Assembly: GCA_949299165.1 (NCBI GenBank)
Contig: CASFZJ010000004.1
Location: 31,965-95,964, forward strand
Direction: 5' to 3'
DNA length: 64,000 nucleotides
DNA from: an uncultured bacterium
GTDB lineage: Bacteria > Bacillota_I > Bacilli_A > RFN20 > CAG-826
Positions 45,901 through 55,412 of this stretch are shown piece by piece. The notes under the pieces are model-generated. The model did not search any database and had not been told where the DNA came from. It worked only from the letters and a program-made list of their open reading frames with translations. The position numbers and the translations under genes are program-made. Every line of letters starts with the position of its first letter. Within the stretch, counting starts at the first letter, position 1.

Positions 45901-48296
45901 AATATTTTGCTCTCGCTGGTAATCCAAACTGTGGAAAAACCACATTATTTAATAATTTAACAGGATCAACAGCATATGTCGGCAACTGGCCTGGCGTAAC
46001 CGTTGATAAAAGAGAAGGAACCTATAAAAAACTGAGTGAACCTATTTCAATCGTGGATTTACCTGGTATTTATTCGCTTTCTCCTTATACTCCAGAAGAA
46101 GTTATCTCTAGAAACTATATTTTGGATGAAAAACCTGATTGTGTTATCAATATTGTTGATGCAACAAATCTTGAAAGAAACTTATATTTAACAACACAAC
46201 TTCTTGAAATCGATGTTCCGGTTGTTGTCGCTTTAAATATGATGGATCTTTTAACAAAAAACAAAGAAAGTGTTTTGCTTCAACAACTTGAAGAAAAACT
46301 CGGTGTGCCAGTAGTTGAAATTTCAGCATTAAAATCAGATAACTTAGATGTATTAATGCAAAAGGCTTACGAAGCAAGCAATAATAAAAGAAAAGGTAGA
46401 ACTGTTTTAGAAGACACCAATTTAATCCATTTAGTTAATGATTGTCGTATTGCTTTTGAAGGAATGAATGTTGAAAATCCTTTATTCCATGCTGTAAAAC
46501 TTGTTGAACTTGATGAACTTGAAACCAAAGATCATCCTGAACTTGTGCACATGGTTGAAGAGTTCAAACACACATTTAAAGACGATGTTTTTGGTGATGA
46601 TTTTGAAGCTTTAATTGCAGATGCACGTTATAAATACATTTCAAAATATTTCCATAACGTTATTGTTGTTGATGAAGAAGAGCAACAAAGAAGAGAAGAA
46701 AAACAAAAAGCCAGACTTGAAAAAGTCAAAAACAGAAAATGGCAATTTTGGAAGAAAAAGTCTGCAGAATCCTTAGAAAATGAGGTAAAACTAACTCGTT
46801 CAGATAAAATTGATAAGATTTTAACTAACAGATTTTTAGGTATTCCAATTTTCCTTGTCATTTTATTTGTTATCTTCCATTTAACATTTAGTGAAGACTT
46901 ATTCTATTTAAATGCAATGGGAGCGGTTGATGTTGTCTCTTTTGCTGATGCACCTGATTATGTAGCAGGTATGTTTGCAAATGGAGGTATAAATTCGCCT
47001 GGCGTCATCATAATGAATGCGTTTAATGCACTTACGGGGTGGATTGCTGATTTAATAAATCAAGGATTAACCTTAGCTGGTGCCTCTAACTGGTCAGTAG
47101 GACTGGTTTGTGATGGTATTATTGGTGGATTATTTGCTGTTTTAGGCTTCTTACCTCAAATTCTCGTTTTATTCCTTTTCTTTGCGATATTAGAAGATAG
47201 TGGATATATGGCACGTGTTGCCTTTATTCTTGATCGTATTTTTAGAAGATTTGGATTAAGTGGAAGAGCATTTATGCCTATGATTATGGGCTTTGGTTGC
47301 TCAGTCCCTGCAATGATTAATACAAGAACACTTGCAGATGATAAAGAAAGAATTTCAACAATAAGAGTTATTCCTTTCTTCTCATGTGGAGCTAAAGCGC
47401 CAATTTTAACTGTTTTTGCTTATGGAATTATTTCTATTTTTGGCGAACCAGTTGGCTTCCATTATGCTGATGTAATCGTTTATGGAATGTATGTTTTAGG
47501 AATGGCAGTTGCTTTAATCACTGTTATTTTAATGAGAGAAACAACATTAAGAGGAAAAGTTCCTCCATTTATTATGGAACTTCCTGCTTATCACTTACCT
47601 CAATTTAAATCTTTAATGATTCATTTATGGGATAAAACAAAACACTTCGTTAAAAAAGCATTCACAATTATCTTACTTTCAACAATTGTTATTTGGTTTA
47701 CATCTCATTTTACTTGGGGTTGGCAATTTATTGATATTGAAAGCGAAGATCCTGCACAAATTGCCCTTATTGGAAACTCAATTCTTGCAAGCATTGGTCA
47801 ATTTATTCAACCAATCTTCACTCCACTTGGCTTTGGTTCAACATTAGGAAACTATGGATGGGTATTTGCTGTTGCTGCTATCAACGGTTTAGTTGCAAAA
47901 GAAAACGTTATTTCAACTTTAGGCACAATGGCACTTGTTTTAAGTCCAACATTTAGTGCCGGAGAAGAAACGATTGAAGGTTTAGCTGCTGCAGAACTTA
48001 TGATTCAAGAAACCGGCATTACTTTAAGTGGTGTTCTTGCATTTATTGCATTTAACATGTTAACAATTCCTTGCTTTGCTGCTGTTGCAACTGCAAAAGG
48101 CGAATTACCAAAAGGAAAATTTGCTTCAACATTGTTATTCTGGGTTGTAACTTCTTATATTTTTTCAACAATGATTTTCCTTATTGGAAATTATGTTTGG
48201 ACATTAGCAATCTTTATTCCATTAATCGTTGTCGCAATTGTTCTTCTTGTTTTATGGCATAGAAAGAAATCGGCTGAAGAAGCTGCTGCTCAATAG
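45897..48296 (+). CDS. feoB: ferrous iron transporter FeoB
   Basis: 799 aa. N-terminal G-domain GNPNCGKTTLFN, DLPG, NMMD, and polytopic C-terminal permease. Its start overlaps the feoA stop. Confidence 0.95.
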   Translation: MKYFALAGNPNCGKTTLFNNLTGSTAYVGNWPGVTVDKREGTYKKLSEPISIVDLPGIYSLSPYTPEEVISRNYILDEKPDCVINIVDATNLERNLYLTTQLLEIDVPVVVALNMMDLLTKNKESVLLQQLEEKLGVPVVEISALKSDNLDVLMQKAYEASNNKRKGRTVLEDTNLIHLVNDCRIAFEGMNVENPLFHAVKLVELDELETKDHPELVHMVEEFKHTFKDDVFGDDFEALIADARYKYISKYFHNVIVVDEEEQQRREEKQKARLEKVKNRKWQFWKKKSAESLENEVKLTRSDKIDKILTNRFLGIPIFLVILFVIFHLTFSEDLFYLNAMGAVDVVSFADAPDYVAGMFANGGINSPGVIIMNAFNALTGWIADLINQGLTLAGASNWSVGLVCDGIIGGLFAVLGFLPQILVLFLFFAILEDSGYMARVAFILDRIFRRFGLSGRAFMPMIMGFGCSVPAMINTRTLADDKERISTIRVIPFFSCGAKAPILTVFAYGIISIFGEPVGFHYADVIVYGMYVLGMAVALITVILMRETTLRGKVPPFIMELPAYHLPQFKSLMIHLWDKTKHFVKKAFTIILLSTIVIWFTSHFTWGWQFIDIESEDPAQIALIGNSILASIGQFIQPIFTPLGFGSTLGNYGWVFAVAAINGLVAKENVISTLGTMALVLSPTFSAGEETIEGLAAAELMIQETGITLSGVLAFIAFNMLTIPCFAAVATAKGELPKGKFASTLLFWVVTSYIFSTMIFLIGNYVWTLAIFIPLIVVAIVLLVLWHRKKSAEEAAAQ

Positions 48297-48307
48297 GAGA
48301 AAAGAAA

Positions 48308-48565
48308 ATGTTAAAGTTATTAAATATATTTGCTGATGAAGTTCCTGTTACAACCGCAGATATTGTTATTATTGTTTGTTTAGTAATTGTTGTTTTAGCA
48401 ATAATTGGCTACTTTGTTTGGAAGAAAATGAACGGTAAAAGAATTAGTGATTGCGGCTGCGGCACTGATGGCAAAGGCTTAGTCAAAAAATATTTTAAAA
48501 AATATCCAAAAAACAAAGACAAAGATGAAGAAAAACATAATCATTCATGTTGCTGTGGAAAATAG
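48308..48565 (+). CDS. FeoB-associated Cys-rich small membrane protein
   Basis: 85 aa. One TM, then ...DCGCGTDGKG... and C-terminal ...HNHSCCCGK. Immediately downstream of feoB. Confidence 0.6.
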   Translation: MLKLLNIFADEVPVTTADIVIIVCLVIVVLAIIGYFVWKKMNGKRISDCGCGTDGKGLVKKYFKKYPKNKDKDEEKHNHSCCCGK

Positions 48566-48595
48566 ATAATCATCTATAACTATAAAAAGGTCAGG

Positions 48596-49528
48596 CTAGT
48601 TCCTGATCTTTTTTGGTAGTGGATTTAATGAATCTTCAGTATTTGTGGTTAGTTTAAAAATATAAATTTCAATTAAAAAGACCATAATTATAAAAATTAG
48701 CATATATGCAAAATTTGGAGTTTTTAAGCTACCATAAATAAAAGGAGTCATCAAAAATATCATATATTGATAAAAAACATGGAAAATATTTAAAAAAGTA
48801 TACGTTTTCTGAATATTTATGGATTTTTTATAAATAATTATAGGAAAAGGAATAAAAATTAGAAAAATTATAAGCGGCGAAACAAATACAGTAATTAGAA
48901 ATTCTTCATTTCCTTGAGCATATATATGCGCAAATAGAGTAGACATAAGCGAAGCGGCCATAACTCCGGCGCAATAAGAAATCACATAAATAAGCAATAA
49001 TTCGGCTTCCTTATTTATGTAATATTTTTTATTAAAATATGAGTTTTTAATTTTTTCAGGTTTTTCAGTGTTGTCTGCAAAGGAAAATTTTATTAAATTT
49101 TCATAATAGGATTTTAACTTTTTGTCAACATGGTAATAATAAATGCCACAATATATTGCTGTTATTAGCATCAGAGAAACAAATAAAATAGTTAAAATTA
49201 AATTCTTATAGAACTCTCCGAAAAAGAATACATGTGTATAAATAAATAAAGTGTTTATTAAGAGAATACAAAACGCAAATGATAAAATTTCGTTTCCTTT
49301 TAACTTGGTAATTAACAGTGGTTTAAAGTTAATTGCTTCATAATAAATAAAATAAATTGAGAAAGCGGCACCAATTAATATAAATATTACATATACAGCG
49401 AAAAAATAATCTCTAAAATAGTAAAATCCTGTTAAATAAAAAACGGACGCAACAACAAATATCCGTGCAAAAGTACGTATGTAATCCGTAACAAATAAAT
49501 TTCTTTCTTTTTTACTAAATGGTTTCAT
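48596..49528 (-). CDS. hypothetical polytopic membrane protein
   Basis: 310 aa with about 8 hydrophobic segments and no recognisable motif. Confidence 0.4.
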   Translation of the reverse strand: MKPFSKKERNLFVTDYIRTFARIFVVASVFYLTGFYYFRDYFFAVYVIFILIGAAFSIYFIYYEAINFKPLLITKLKGNEILSFAFCILLINTLFIYTHVFFFGEFYKNLILTILFVSLMLITAIYCGIYYYHVDKKLKSYYENLIKFSFADNTEKPEKIKNSYFNKKYYINKEAELLLIYVISYCAGVMAASLMSTLFAHIYAQGNEEFLITVFVSPLIIFLIFIPFPIIIYKKSINIQKTYTFLNIFHVFYQYMIFLMTPFIYGSLKTPNFAYMLIFIIMVFLIEIYIFKLTTNTEDSLNPLPKKIRN

Positions 49529-49609
49529 CTTTATTTTTATTTTAAATTTATATTTGCGCTTTGTGAAATTGAGTTTTGTCGGATTAATAAAAATTTAATA
49601 AAAGTATAA

Positions 49610-49790
49610 AGATGAAAAAGTTCTATAAAAATTACTAGAAAAAGGAATTTTTACTAAATTTTTAAAGTTTTTTATCAAATTTTCAGAAAAAACGATTATA
49701 AATATAGTCTTTTTTAAATATTTGCTAGAAAAAATATAAAAAATACCGGAAAAAATTAAAAATTATGACTTTTTAAAAAGTTGAAATCTT
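49610..49790 (+). repeat. dispersed ~40-bp repeat family, locus 8
   Basis: Cores TACTAGAA 49633, TTTCAGAA 49681 (AAATTTTCAGAAAAAA) and TGCTAGAA 49723. The unit at 49705-49745 is about 80% identical to 12826-12866. Confidence 0.65.
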
Positions 49791-49821
49791 TATTTTTCTT
49801 CTTAATTTTAAGAAATCTTTA

Positions 49822-49850
49822 TTGTAAGCGCTTTCAAAGTAAATTAAAAT
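49822..49850 (+). promoter_or_regulatory. candidate hydrogenase-operon promoter with embedded cre (CcpA) site
   Basis: TTGTAA (49822-49827), 17-nt spacer, TAAAAT (49845-49850). TGTAAGCGCTTTCA (49823-49836) fits the cre consensus TGWAANCGNTNWCA at every position. Confidence 0.55.
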
Positions 49851-49877
49851 TAATGAAAGGTTTTAAGGAGAATATTA

Positions 49878-50360
49878 ATGAAATTACAAAAAGTAGCAGT
49901 GGATATGATTAAATCCATCTGTGCGAGGTACAAGGATGAACCTAGTCCTCTCATGTTGGTTTTAAGCGATGTCCAAAAAGAATACGGGTATATTCCTTTA
50001 GAAGTACAAGAAATAATTAGCCAGGAACTCAATGTACCTGTAAGTGATATTTATGGTGTTGTCACTTTTTATTCTTTTTTCAGTTTAACACCAAAAGGAA
50101 GATACGTTATTGGAGTTTGTATTGGAACAGCTTGTTACGTTAAAGGCGGACAAAATGTTTTAGATAAATTTGGTGAATTATTAAAAATTAAACCAGGTCA
50201 AACGACCGAAGATGGTTTGTTTACACTAGATGGTTTACGCTGCATTGGTGCTTGTGGTATTGCTCCTGCAATTAGTATTAATGGCAAAGTTTATCCAAAA
50301 GTTAAACTTAGCGATGTTCCTAAAATAATTGAGGAATATAGAAACAAGGAGATGGAATAA
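49878..50360 (+). CDS. hydC: [FeFe]-hydrogenase complex subunit, NuoE/HydC-like thioredoxin-fold [2Fe-2S] protein
   Basis: 160 aa. Cys pattern ...GVCIGTACYVKG...LRCIGACGIAPA... RBS AAGGAG. Confidence 0.85.
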   Translation: MKLQKVAVDMIKSICARYKDEPSPLMLVLSDVQKEYGYIPLEVQEIISQELNVPVSDIYGVVTFYSFFSLTPKGRYVIGVCIGTACYVKGGQNVLDKFGELLKIKPGQTTEDGLFTLDGLRCIGACGIAPAISINGKVYPKVKLSDVPKIIEEYRNKEME

Positions 50361-50361
50361 T

Positions 50362-52266
50362 ATGGTTAAAAAAGTTGAAAAGCCTGCAGAAAGCCAACAA
50401 AAAATCAAAACTTTAGACGATTTAAAGAATAAAATCGCTAAATGTAGTGAATGTGTAAATAATAAATTTGATGGAAAAGATGGTAAAAGACATATTGTCG
50501 TTTGTGGTGGAACTGGTTGTCTTTCATCAAATTCACAAGAAATTATTGATAACTTTAATAAATTAATTAAAGAAAAACATTTAGAAGATAAAGTTACTTG
50601 TAATGTAGTTGGATGTTTTGGTTTCTGTTCTCAAGGTCCTTTCGTTAAGATTTATCCTGAAGACACGTTATATCATGCTGTCAAACCAACTGATTGTGCC
50701 AAAATTATTGAAGAAGATATAATTGGTGGAAAAATCGTTGAAGAACTTTTATATATCGAACCATCAACTGGACAAAAAGTTAAAAGACAAGATGATATTA
50801 ATTTCTATAAAAAACAATTAAGAATTGCTTTACATGGTTGTGGAACTATCAATCCAGAAGTAATCGATGAAGCCCTCGGATACGACGCTTTCAAAGGTTT
50901 AATTCGTGCCTTAAGCATGAAAAGAGAAGAAGTTATCCAAGAAATTTTAGATAGCGGACTTAGAGGTAGAGGTGGCGCAGGTTTCCCTACTGGTAGAAAA
51001 TGGAAATTTGCATATGACTCTCAAAATGAGACAAAATACGTAGTTTGTAACGGAGATGAAGGCGACCCAGGCGCATTTATGGATCGTTCAATTCTTGAAG
51101 GAAATCCTGTTGCTGTTATTGAAGGTATGATGATTGCAGGTTATGCAATCGGTGCTCAAAACGGATATTTCTATGTTAGAGCTGAATATCCTATCGCTGT
51201 TAATAGATTAAGAATTGCGATTAAAGAACTTGAACAAATTGGACTTTTAGGCGACAACATTTTAGGTAGTGGATTTAATTTTAGAGTCCATATTAGACTT
51301 GGTGCTGGCGCTTTTGTTTGTGGAGAAGAAACAGCTTTACTTAATTCAATCGAAGGTAAAAGAGGTATGCCAAGAACTAGACCTCCATTCCCTGCTGTTA
51401 AAGGTTTATGGGATAAACCAACAATCATTAATAACGTCGAAACACTCGCCAATGTGCCATATATTATGAGAGTTGGTACTAAAGAATATGCAAAAATAGG
51501 TACTGAAAGAAGTAAAGGAACTAAAGTTTTTGCTCTTGGTGGAAAAGTTAAAAATGTTGGACTTGTTGAAGTTCCAATGGGCACAACAATTAGAGAACTT
51601 GTTTATGATATTGGTGGAGGAATTCCTAACGATAAGAGATTCCAAGCAATCCAAACAGGCGGTCCATCTGGTGGATGTCTCACGATGAACGAACTTGATA
51701 CACCAATTGAATATGAATCCTTAATTGAAAAAGGAAGCATGATGGGATCTGGTGGCGCAATTGTCATGGATGAAGACAACTGTATGGTAGACGTTGCCAA
51801 ATTCTATCTTGAATTTATTTGTGATGAAAGTTGTGGGAAATGTTCTCAATGTAGAATAGGTACAAAGAGACTTTTAGAAATCTTAAATAAAGTTACAGAT
51901 GGCAAAGCCACAATGGAAGATTTAGATAAGCTTCAAACTTTAAGTGAATCTATTCAAGTTGGTTCACTATGTGGACTTGGCCAAACTGCACCAAACCCAG
52001 TTTTATCTACTTTAAACAAATTTAAAGATGTTTATATTAGACACGTAAAAGATAAGAAGTGTGATGCTGGAGTTTGTAAGTCGCTTATTGAATTCCATAT
52101 TGATCCAAATAAATGTAAAAAGTGTTCGCTTTGCGCGAGAAATTGTCCAGTTAATGCGATTTCTGGAGTTGTTGGCAAAGAACCTTACAAGATTGACCTT
52201 GATAAATGTATTAAGTGTGGAACATGTATTTCTGCATGTAAATTTGGTGCGATCTACAAGAAATAG
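50362..52266 (+). CDS. hydB: [FeFe]-hydrogenase complex subunit, NuoF/HydB-like flavoprotein (FMN/NAD(P)H, multiple Fe-S)
   Basis: N-terminal [2Fe-2S] domain (VCGGTGC...GCFGFCSQGP), GRGGAGFPTGRKW, the ESCGKCSQCRIG N3 cluster, and C-terminal 2x[4Fe-4S] (CKKCSLCARNCP, CIKCGTCISAC). Start at ATG 50362, just after the hydC stop. Confidence 0.9.
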   Translation: MVKKVEKPAESQQKIKTLDDLKNKIAKCSECVNNKFDGKDGKRHIVVCGGTGCLSSNSQEIIDNFNKLIKEKHLEDKVTCNVVGCFGFCSQGPFVKIYPEDTLYHAVKPTDCAKIIEEDIIGGKIVEELLYIEPSTGQKVKRQDDINFYKKQLRIALHGCGTINPEVIDEALGYDAFKGLIRALSMKREEVIQEILDSGLRGRGGAGFPTGRKWKFAYDSQNETKYVVCNGDEGDPGAFMDRSILEGNPVAVIEGMMIAGYAIGAQNGYFYVRAEYPIAVNRLRIAIKELEQIGLLGDNILGSGFNFRVHIRLGAGAFVCGEETALLNSIEGKRGMPRTRPPFPAVKGLWDKPTIINNVETLANVPYIMRVGTKEYAKIGTERSKGTKVFALGGKVKNVGLVEVPMGTTIRELVYDIGGGIPNDKRFQAIQTGGPSGGCLTMNELDTPIEYESLIEKGSMMGSGGAIVMDEDNCMVDVAKFYLEFICDESCGKCSQCRIGTKRLLEILNKVTDGKATMEDLDKLQTLSESIQVGSLCGLGQTAPNPVLSTLNKFKDVYIRHVKDKKCDAGVCKSLIEFHIDPNKCKKCSLCARNCPVNAISGVVGKEPYKIDLDKCIKCGTCISACKFGAIYKK

Positions 52267-52279
52267 GTGGTGAAGAAAT

Positions 52280-54061
52280 ATGGCAAAGATTCAAATATTT
52301 ATTGAAAATAAACCTTACGTAGTAGAAGAAGGTTTAACAATTCTAGAAGCAGCTAAAATCTGTGGATATAACATTCCAAATTTATGTACATGGAAAAAAG
52401 GCGAATGTTCGGTTGCGAGTTGTAGAGTTTGTCTTGTTAAAGTCGAAGGCGAAAGAAGACTCGTGCCTAGCTGCGCCTATCCAATAAGAGAAGGTATTAG
52501 AATTTCAATTGTTGATCCAAAAGCGGTTATTGCAAGAAGAACTAGTGTTGAACTTCTTCTTTCAAACCATTATTACAACTGTCAAGCATGTAGAAAAAAT
52601 GGACAATGTGAGCTTTTAGAAGTTGCACGTAGAGTTGGCGCAAGACCAGAACAATATGTTGGTGAAAAAACTAAGTCAACATATGATGAGCTATCTCCAT
52701 CATTAATTAGAGATACATCAAAATGTATTCTTTGTGGACGTTGTGTTGAAGCGTGTAAAAATGCTCAAGGTATTGGTATTTTAGGTTTTGAAAATAGAGG
52801 ATTTAAAACTATTGTCGGACCAAGTGAAAATAGAAGTTTCAATAATGTTCCTTGTATTCAATGCGGTCAATGTACACTTGTTTGCCCAACTGGTGCTTTA
52901 ATGGAAAGAAGTGAAATAGATAAGCTTGATAAAGCATTTAATGAAGGAAAATATGTTATTGTTCAAACAGCTCCTGCTGTAAGAGCTGCAATTGGTGAAG
53001 AATTTGGCGAACCAATCGGCACAAATTGCACTGGAAAAATGGTTGCAGCACTTCATAGACTTGGTTTCTATCGTGTTTTTGATACTAACTTTGCAGCTGA
53101 TTTAACAATTACTGAAGAAGCTAATGAATTTATTCAAAGAATTATTTCCCATAGACCTGGTCCTATGATTACATCTTGTTCTCCTGGTTGGATTAATTAT
53201 ATTGAATATTATTATCCTGAACTTTTAGAACATCTTTCATCTTGTAAGTCACCTCATGAAATGATGGGTGCTATTATCAAATCATATTATGCAGAAAAAC
53301 ATAATATTGATAGATCACAAATTTGTGTTGTATCAGTTATGCCTTGCACTGCAAAAAAATATGAAAAAGAAAGACCAGCTAACTCTGTTGATGGAATAAA
53401 AGATGTTGATGTTGTTTTAACTACTAGAGAACTTGCTGAACTTATTAAGAGAGCAGGTTTAATGTGGAAGAAATTGCCTGATGAAGATTTTGACGATGAT
53501 TTAATTGGCGAATATAGTGGCGCTGGCGCTATCTTTGGTGTTACGGGTGGTGTTATGGAAGCAGCAATTAGAACTGCATATCATATTCTTACCAACCAAG
53601 AACTTGAACCAATTGAATTTACACCATGTAGAGGTCTTAAAGGAATCAAGGAAGCTACACTTAAAATCAATGGAGTTACATATAACTTTGCAATGTGTAG
53701 TGGAATGAAAAACGCCAAGATTCTTCTTGAACAAATTAAAAATGGTGAATCAAAATATGATTTCATCGAAGTAATGGGGTGTCCTGGTGGATGTATTAAT
53801 GGTGGCGGCCAACCATATGTCTTCCCTCTCTTCTTACCTAATGAAGATGACAATATTCAAGAAACATATATTGCCAAAAGAGCAAAAGTTCTTTATGACA
53901 TCGATAAAGGAAAGAAAGTTAGAAGAAGTCACTTAAACCCAGATATTATTACTTTATATAAAGAATATTTAGGCGAATATGGTTCTCCTAAGGCACATAA
54001 GTTATTACATACAACTTATAATACTCATAGAGAGAAATATCCAGATATTGAAAAAGAGTAG
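52280..54061 (+). CDS. hydA: [FeFe]-hydrogenase catalytic subunit (M3-type: [2Fe-2S] + His-ligated [4Fe-4S] + 2x[4Fe-4S] + H-domain)
   Basis: 593 aa. H-cluster motifs L2 MPCTAKKYE and L3 EVMGCPGGCINGGGQP are canonical. L1 reads TSCSPGW where TSCCPxW is expected. Ferredoxin motifs CILCGRCVEAC and CIQCGQCTLVCP. Confidence 0.9.
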   Translation: MAKIQIFIENKPYVVEEGLTILEAAKICGYNIPNLCTWKKGECSVASCRVCLVKVEGERRLVPSCAYPIREGIRISIVDPKAVIARRTSVELLLSNHYYNCQACRKNGQCELLEVARRVGARPEQYVGEKTKSTYDELSPSLIRDTSKCILCGRCVEACKNAQGIGILGFENRGFKTIVGPSENRSFNNVPCIQCGQCTLVCPTGALMERSEIDKLDKAFNEGKYVIVQTAPAVRAAIGEEFGEPIGTNCTGKMVAALHRLGFYRVFDTNFAADLTITEEANEFIQRIISHRPGPMITSCSPGWINYIEYYYPELLEHLSSCKSPHEMMGAIIKSYYAEKHNIDRSQICVVSVMPCTAKKYEKERPANSVDGIKDVDVVLTTRELAELIKRAGLMWKKLPDEDFDDDLIGEYSGAGAIFGVTGGVMEAAIRTAYHILTNQELEPIEFTPCRGLKGIKEATLKINGVTYNFAMCSGMKNAKILLEQIKNGESKYDFIEVMGCPGGCINGGGQPYVFPLFLPNEDDNIQETYIAKRAKVLYDIDKGKKVRRSHLNPDIITLYKEYLGEYGSPKAHKLLHTTYNTHREKYPDIEKE

Positions 54062-54097
54062 TTTTTGATTAAAAAGCTTGCAAATATTCAATAAAAT

Positions 54098-54240
54098 ATA
54101 GAAAAAAATAAAAATTCCCTTGGAAAATGAAGAAATTCCTGGGAATTTTTAATATTTACGGAAAAGCTTTTGGCAAAAAATACTTTTTAGAGAACGATTT
54201 AATATCAAAGTTTTCAAAAATAATGAAAATACAAAACATT
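54098..54240 (+). repeat. dispersed repeat family, locus 9
   Basis: AAAATTCCCTTGGAAAAT and the palindrome AAATTCC-TG-GGAATTT (54133-54148), followed by A-tract units. Confidence 0.5.
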
Positions 54241-54355
54241 CTCTGTTGAAAAAAATGTAGCAATCTTGAAAACCTTTGAAAGTGTCGGGGAGGGGATAAT
54301 AACTCTCACCAAAATATAATTTTGTTGGATTACAGTAAGAAAAATTACCTAGCAT
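54149..54355 (-). pseudogene. probable remnant of an iron-containing alcohol dehydrogenase gene (only the first ~17 codons recognisable)
   Basis: Retains RBS GGAGG and an ATG. The N-terminus MLGNFSYCNPTKLYFGE matches the Fe-ADH start pattern (M.NF.Y.NPTKI.FG.G). The rest is unrelated and low-complexity, and overlaps the repeat family. Confidence 0.35.
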
Positions 54356-54489
54356 TTTTAATAGTTAGCCTCCGCGTAATTTAGTAATTCTTGACACTAT
54401 GTCAGCATTTAAAATTTATAACTTATTTGACATCGTCTCAATAGTTATGGAAAATTGTCAGTTATTTTTGCTGAGGTACAAAAAGATAT

Positions 54490-54971
54490 ATTTTAAGAAA
54501 TTTATTGCTACACATGATAATTATCGTGGCAATAATTGCGGCAATAAATGTAGCAACTGTTTCTATTGGTAGTTTCGTAACGGTTATGGAAATACTTTCT
54601 AAGATTTTTATTTGGATTGGCTTAGGTTTAGCTATTTTTGCACATCAATTGCGTATAAGAAAAAAGAAATTGGAATTTTAAGAGCAGTAGGCGCTAAAGC
54701 TTCTGATGTATTTAAAATCTTTTTCTCAGAAGCTTTTGTTATAGCAATTATTAATTTGGTACTTGCGTGTATTGGAGCAATAATTAGTATTTATTTTGTT
54801 AACGATGCGTTCATATCGAGTCTGGGCACAATAGGAGCATTCTATTTCTTTAGTTTTAGACAATTTGGAATTATGCTTGCTCTTTCAATAGGAGTAGCTG
54901 CTTTAGCAACATTCTTACCAGTTTATTTCTTATCAAGAAAGAAACCTGTTGATTCAATAAATAATAGGTAA
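54490..54971 (+). pseudogene. truncated, frameshifted FtsX-type ABC permease remnant
   Basis: One frame gives ...SFVTVMEILSKIFIWIGLGLAIFA; the next frame gives ...TSIAYKKKEIGILRAVGAKASDVFKIFFSEAF... plus 3 TM and ...LSRKKPVDSINNR. Together these equal only the last module of a protein like 13010-15850. The frame changes near the T-run at about 54640. No ATPase or N-terminal part is present. Confidence 0.55.
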
Positions 54972-54984
54972 TTTTTGAAAGTAG

Positions 54985-55140
54985 TGATGAAAATTTTAGG
55001 AAAATTTTAAAAAAATTCGCTACATTTTTCAAAAATTCCAGAAAAAGTTAATTTTTTCTAAAATAGTTAAGATTTGCAAGGTTTTTGACAAAATTTCCTG
55101 GAAAAAACAACTTTTTCTAATGTTCAATATTTTAGTAAAA
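54985..55140 (+). repeat. dispersed ~40-bp repeat family, locus 10
   Basis: Cores TTTTAGGAAAA 54995, TTCCAGAAAAA 55037 and TTTCCTGGAAAAAA 55094 (TTTCCTGGAAA is a perfect palindrome). Confidence 0.6.
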
Positions 55141-55142
55141 TG

Positions 55143-55171
55143 CAAAAAAAACGCGAATTTTAACTTCGCGT
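55143..55171 (-). terminator. terminator downstream of tRNA-Ser (minus strand)
   Basis: ACGCGAA (55151-55157) pairs with TTCGCGT (55165-55171). The plus-strand A8 run (55143-55150) gives a U-run on the minus-strand transcript. Confidence 0.7.
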
Positions 55172-55187
55172 CTAGTGTACAAATTTT

Positions 55188-55278
55188 TGGCGGAGAAGAT
55201 GAGATTTGAACTCACGCTAGGGTTACCCCTACTAACGGTTTAGCAAACCGTCCCCTTCAGCCACTTGGGTACTTCTCC
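55188..55278 (-). tRNA. tRNA-Ser (anticodon GCU), CCA encoded
   Basis: Reverse complement is GGAGAAGTACCCAAGTGGCTGAAGGGGACGGTTTGCTAAACCGTTAGTAGGGGTAACCCTAGCGTGAGTTCAAATCTCATCTTCTCCGCCA. Features: 7-bp acceptor stem, anticodon stem ACGGT/ACCGT with loop TTGCTAA, long variable arm, and T-loop TTCAAAT. Confidence 0.93.
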
Positions 55279-55412
55279 AAGATTTGTGCTTAAATATACT
55301 ATCAAAGGCGCAACAAATTATCAAGTTTGAGTTGAAGTTCGATGAAAAAACTTTGTGTAGTGTCAAATATTAAAAATGTATTTTTTAATAAATCGGCCTA
55401 TAATAATAGAGT

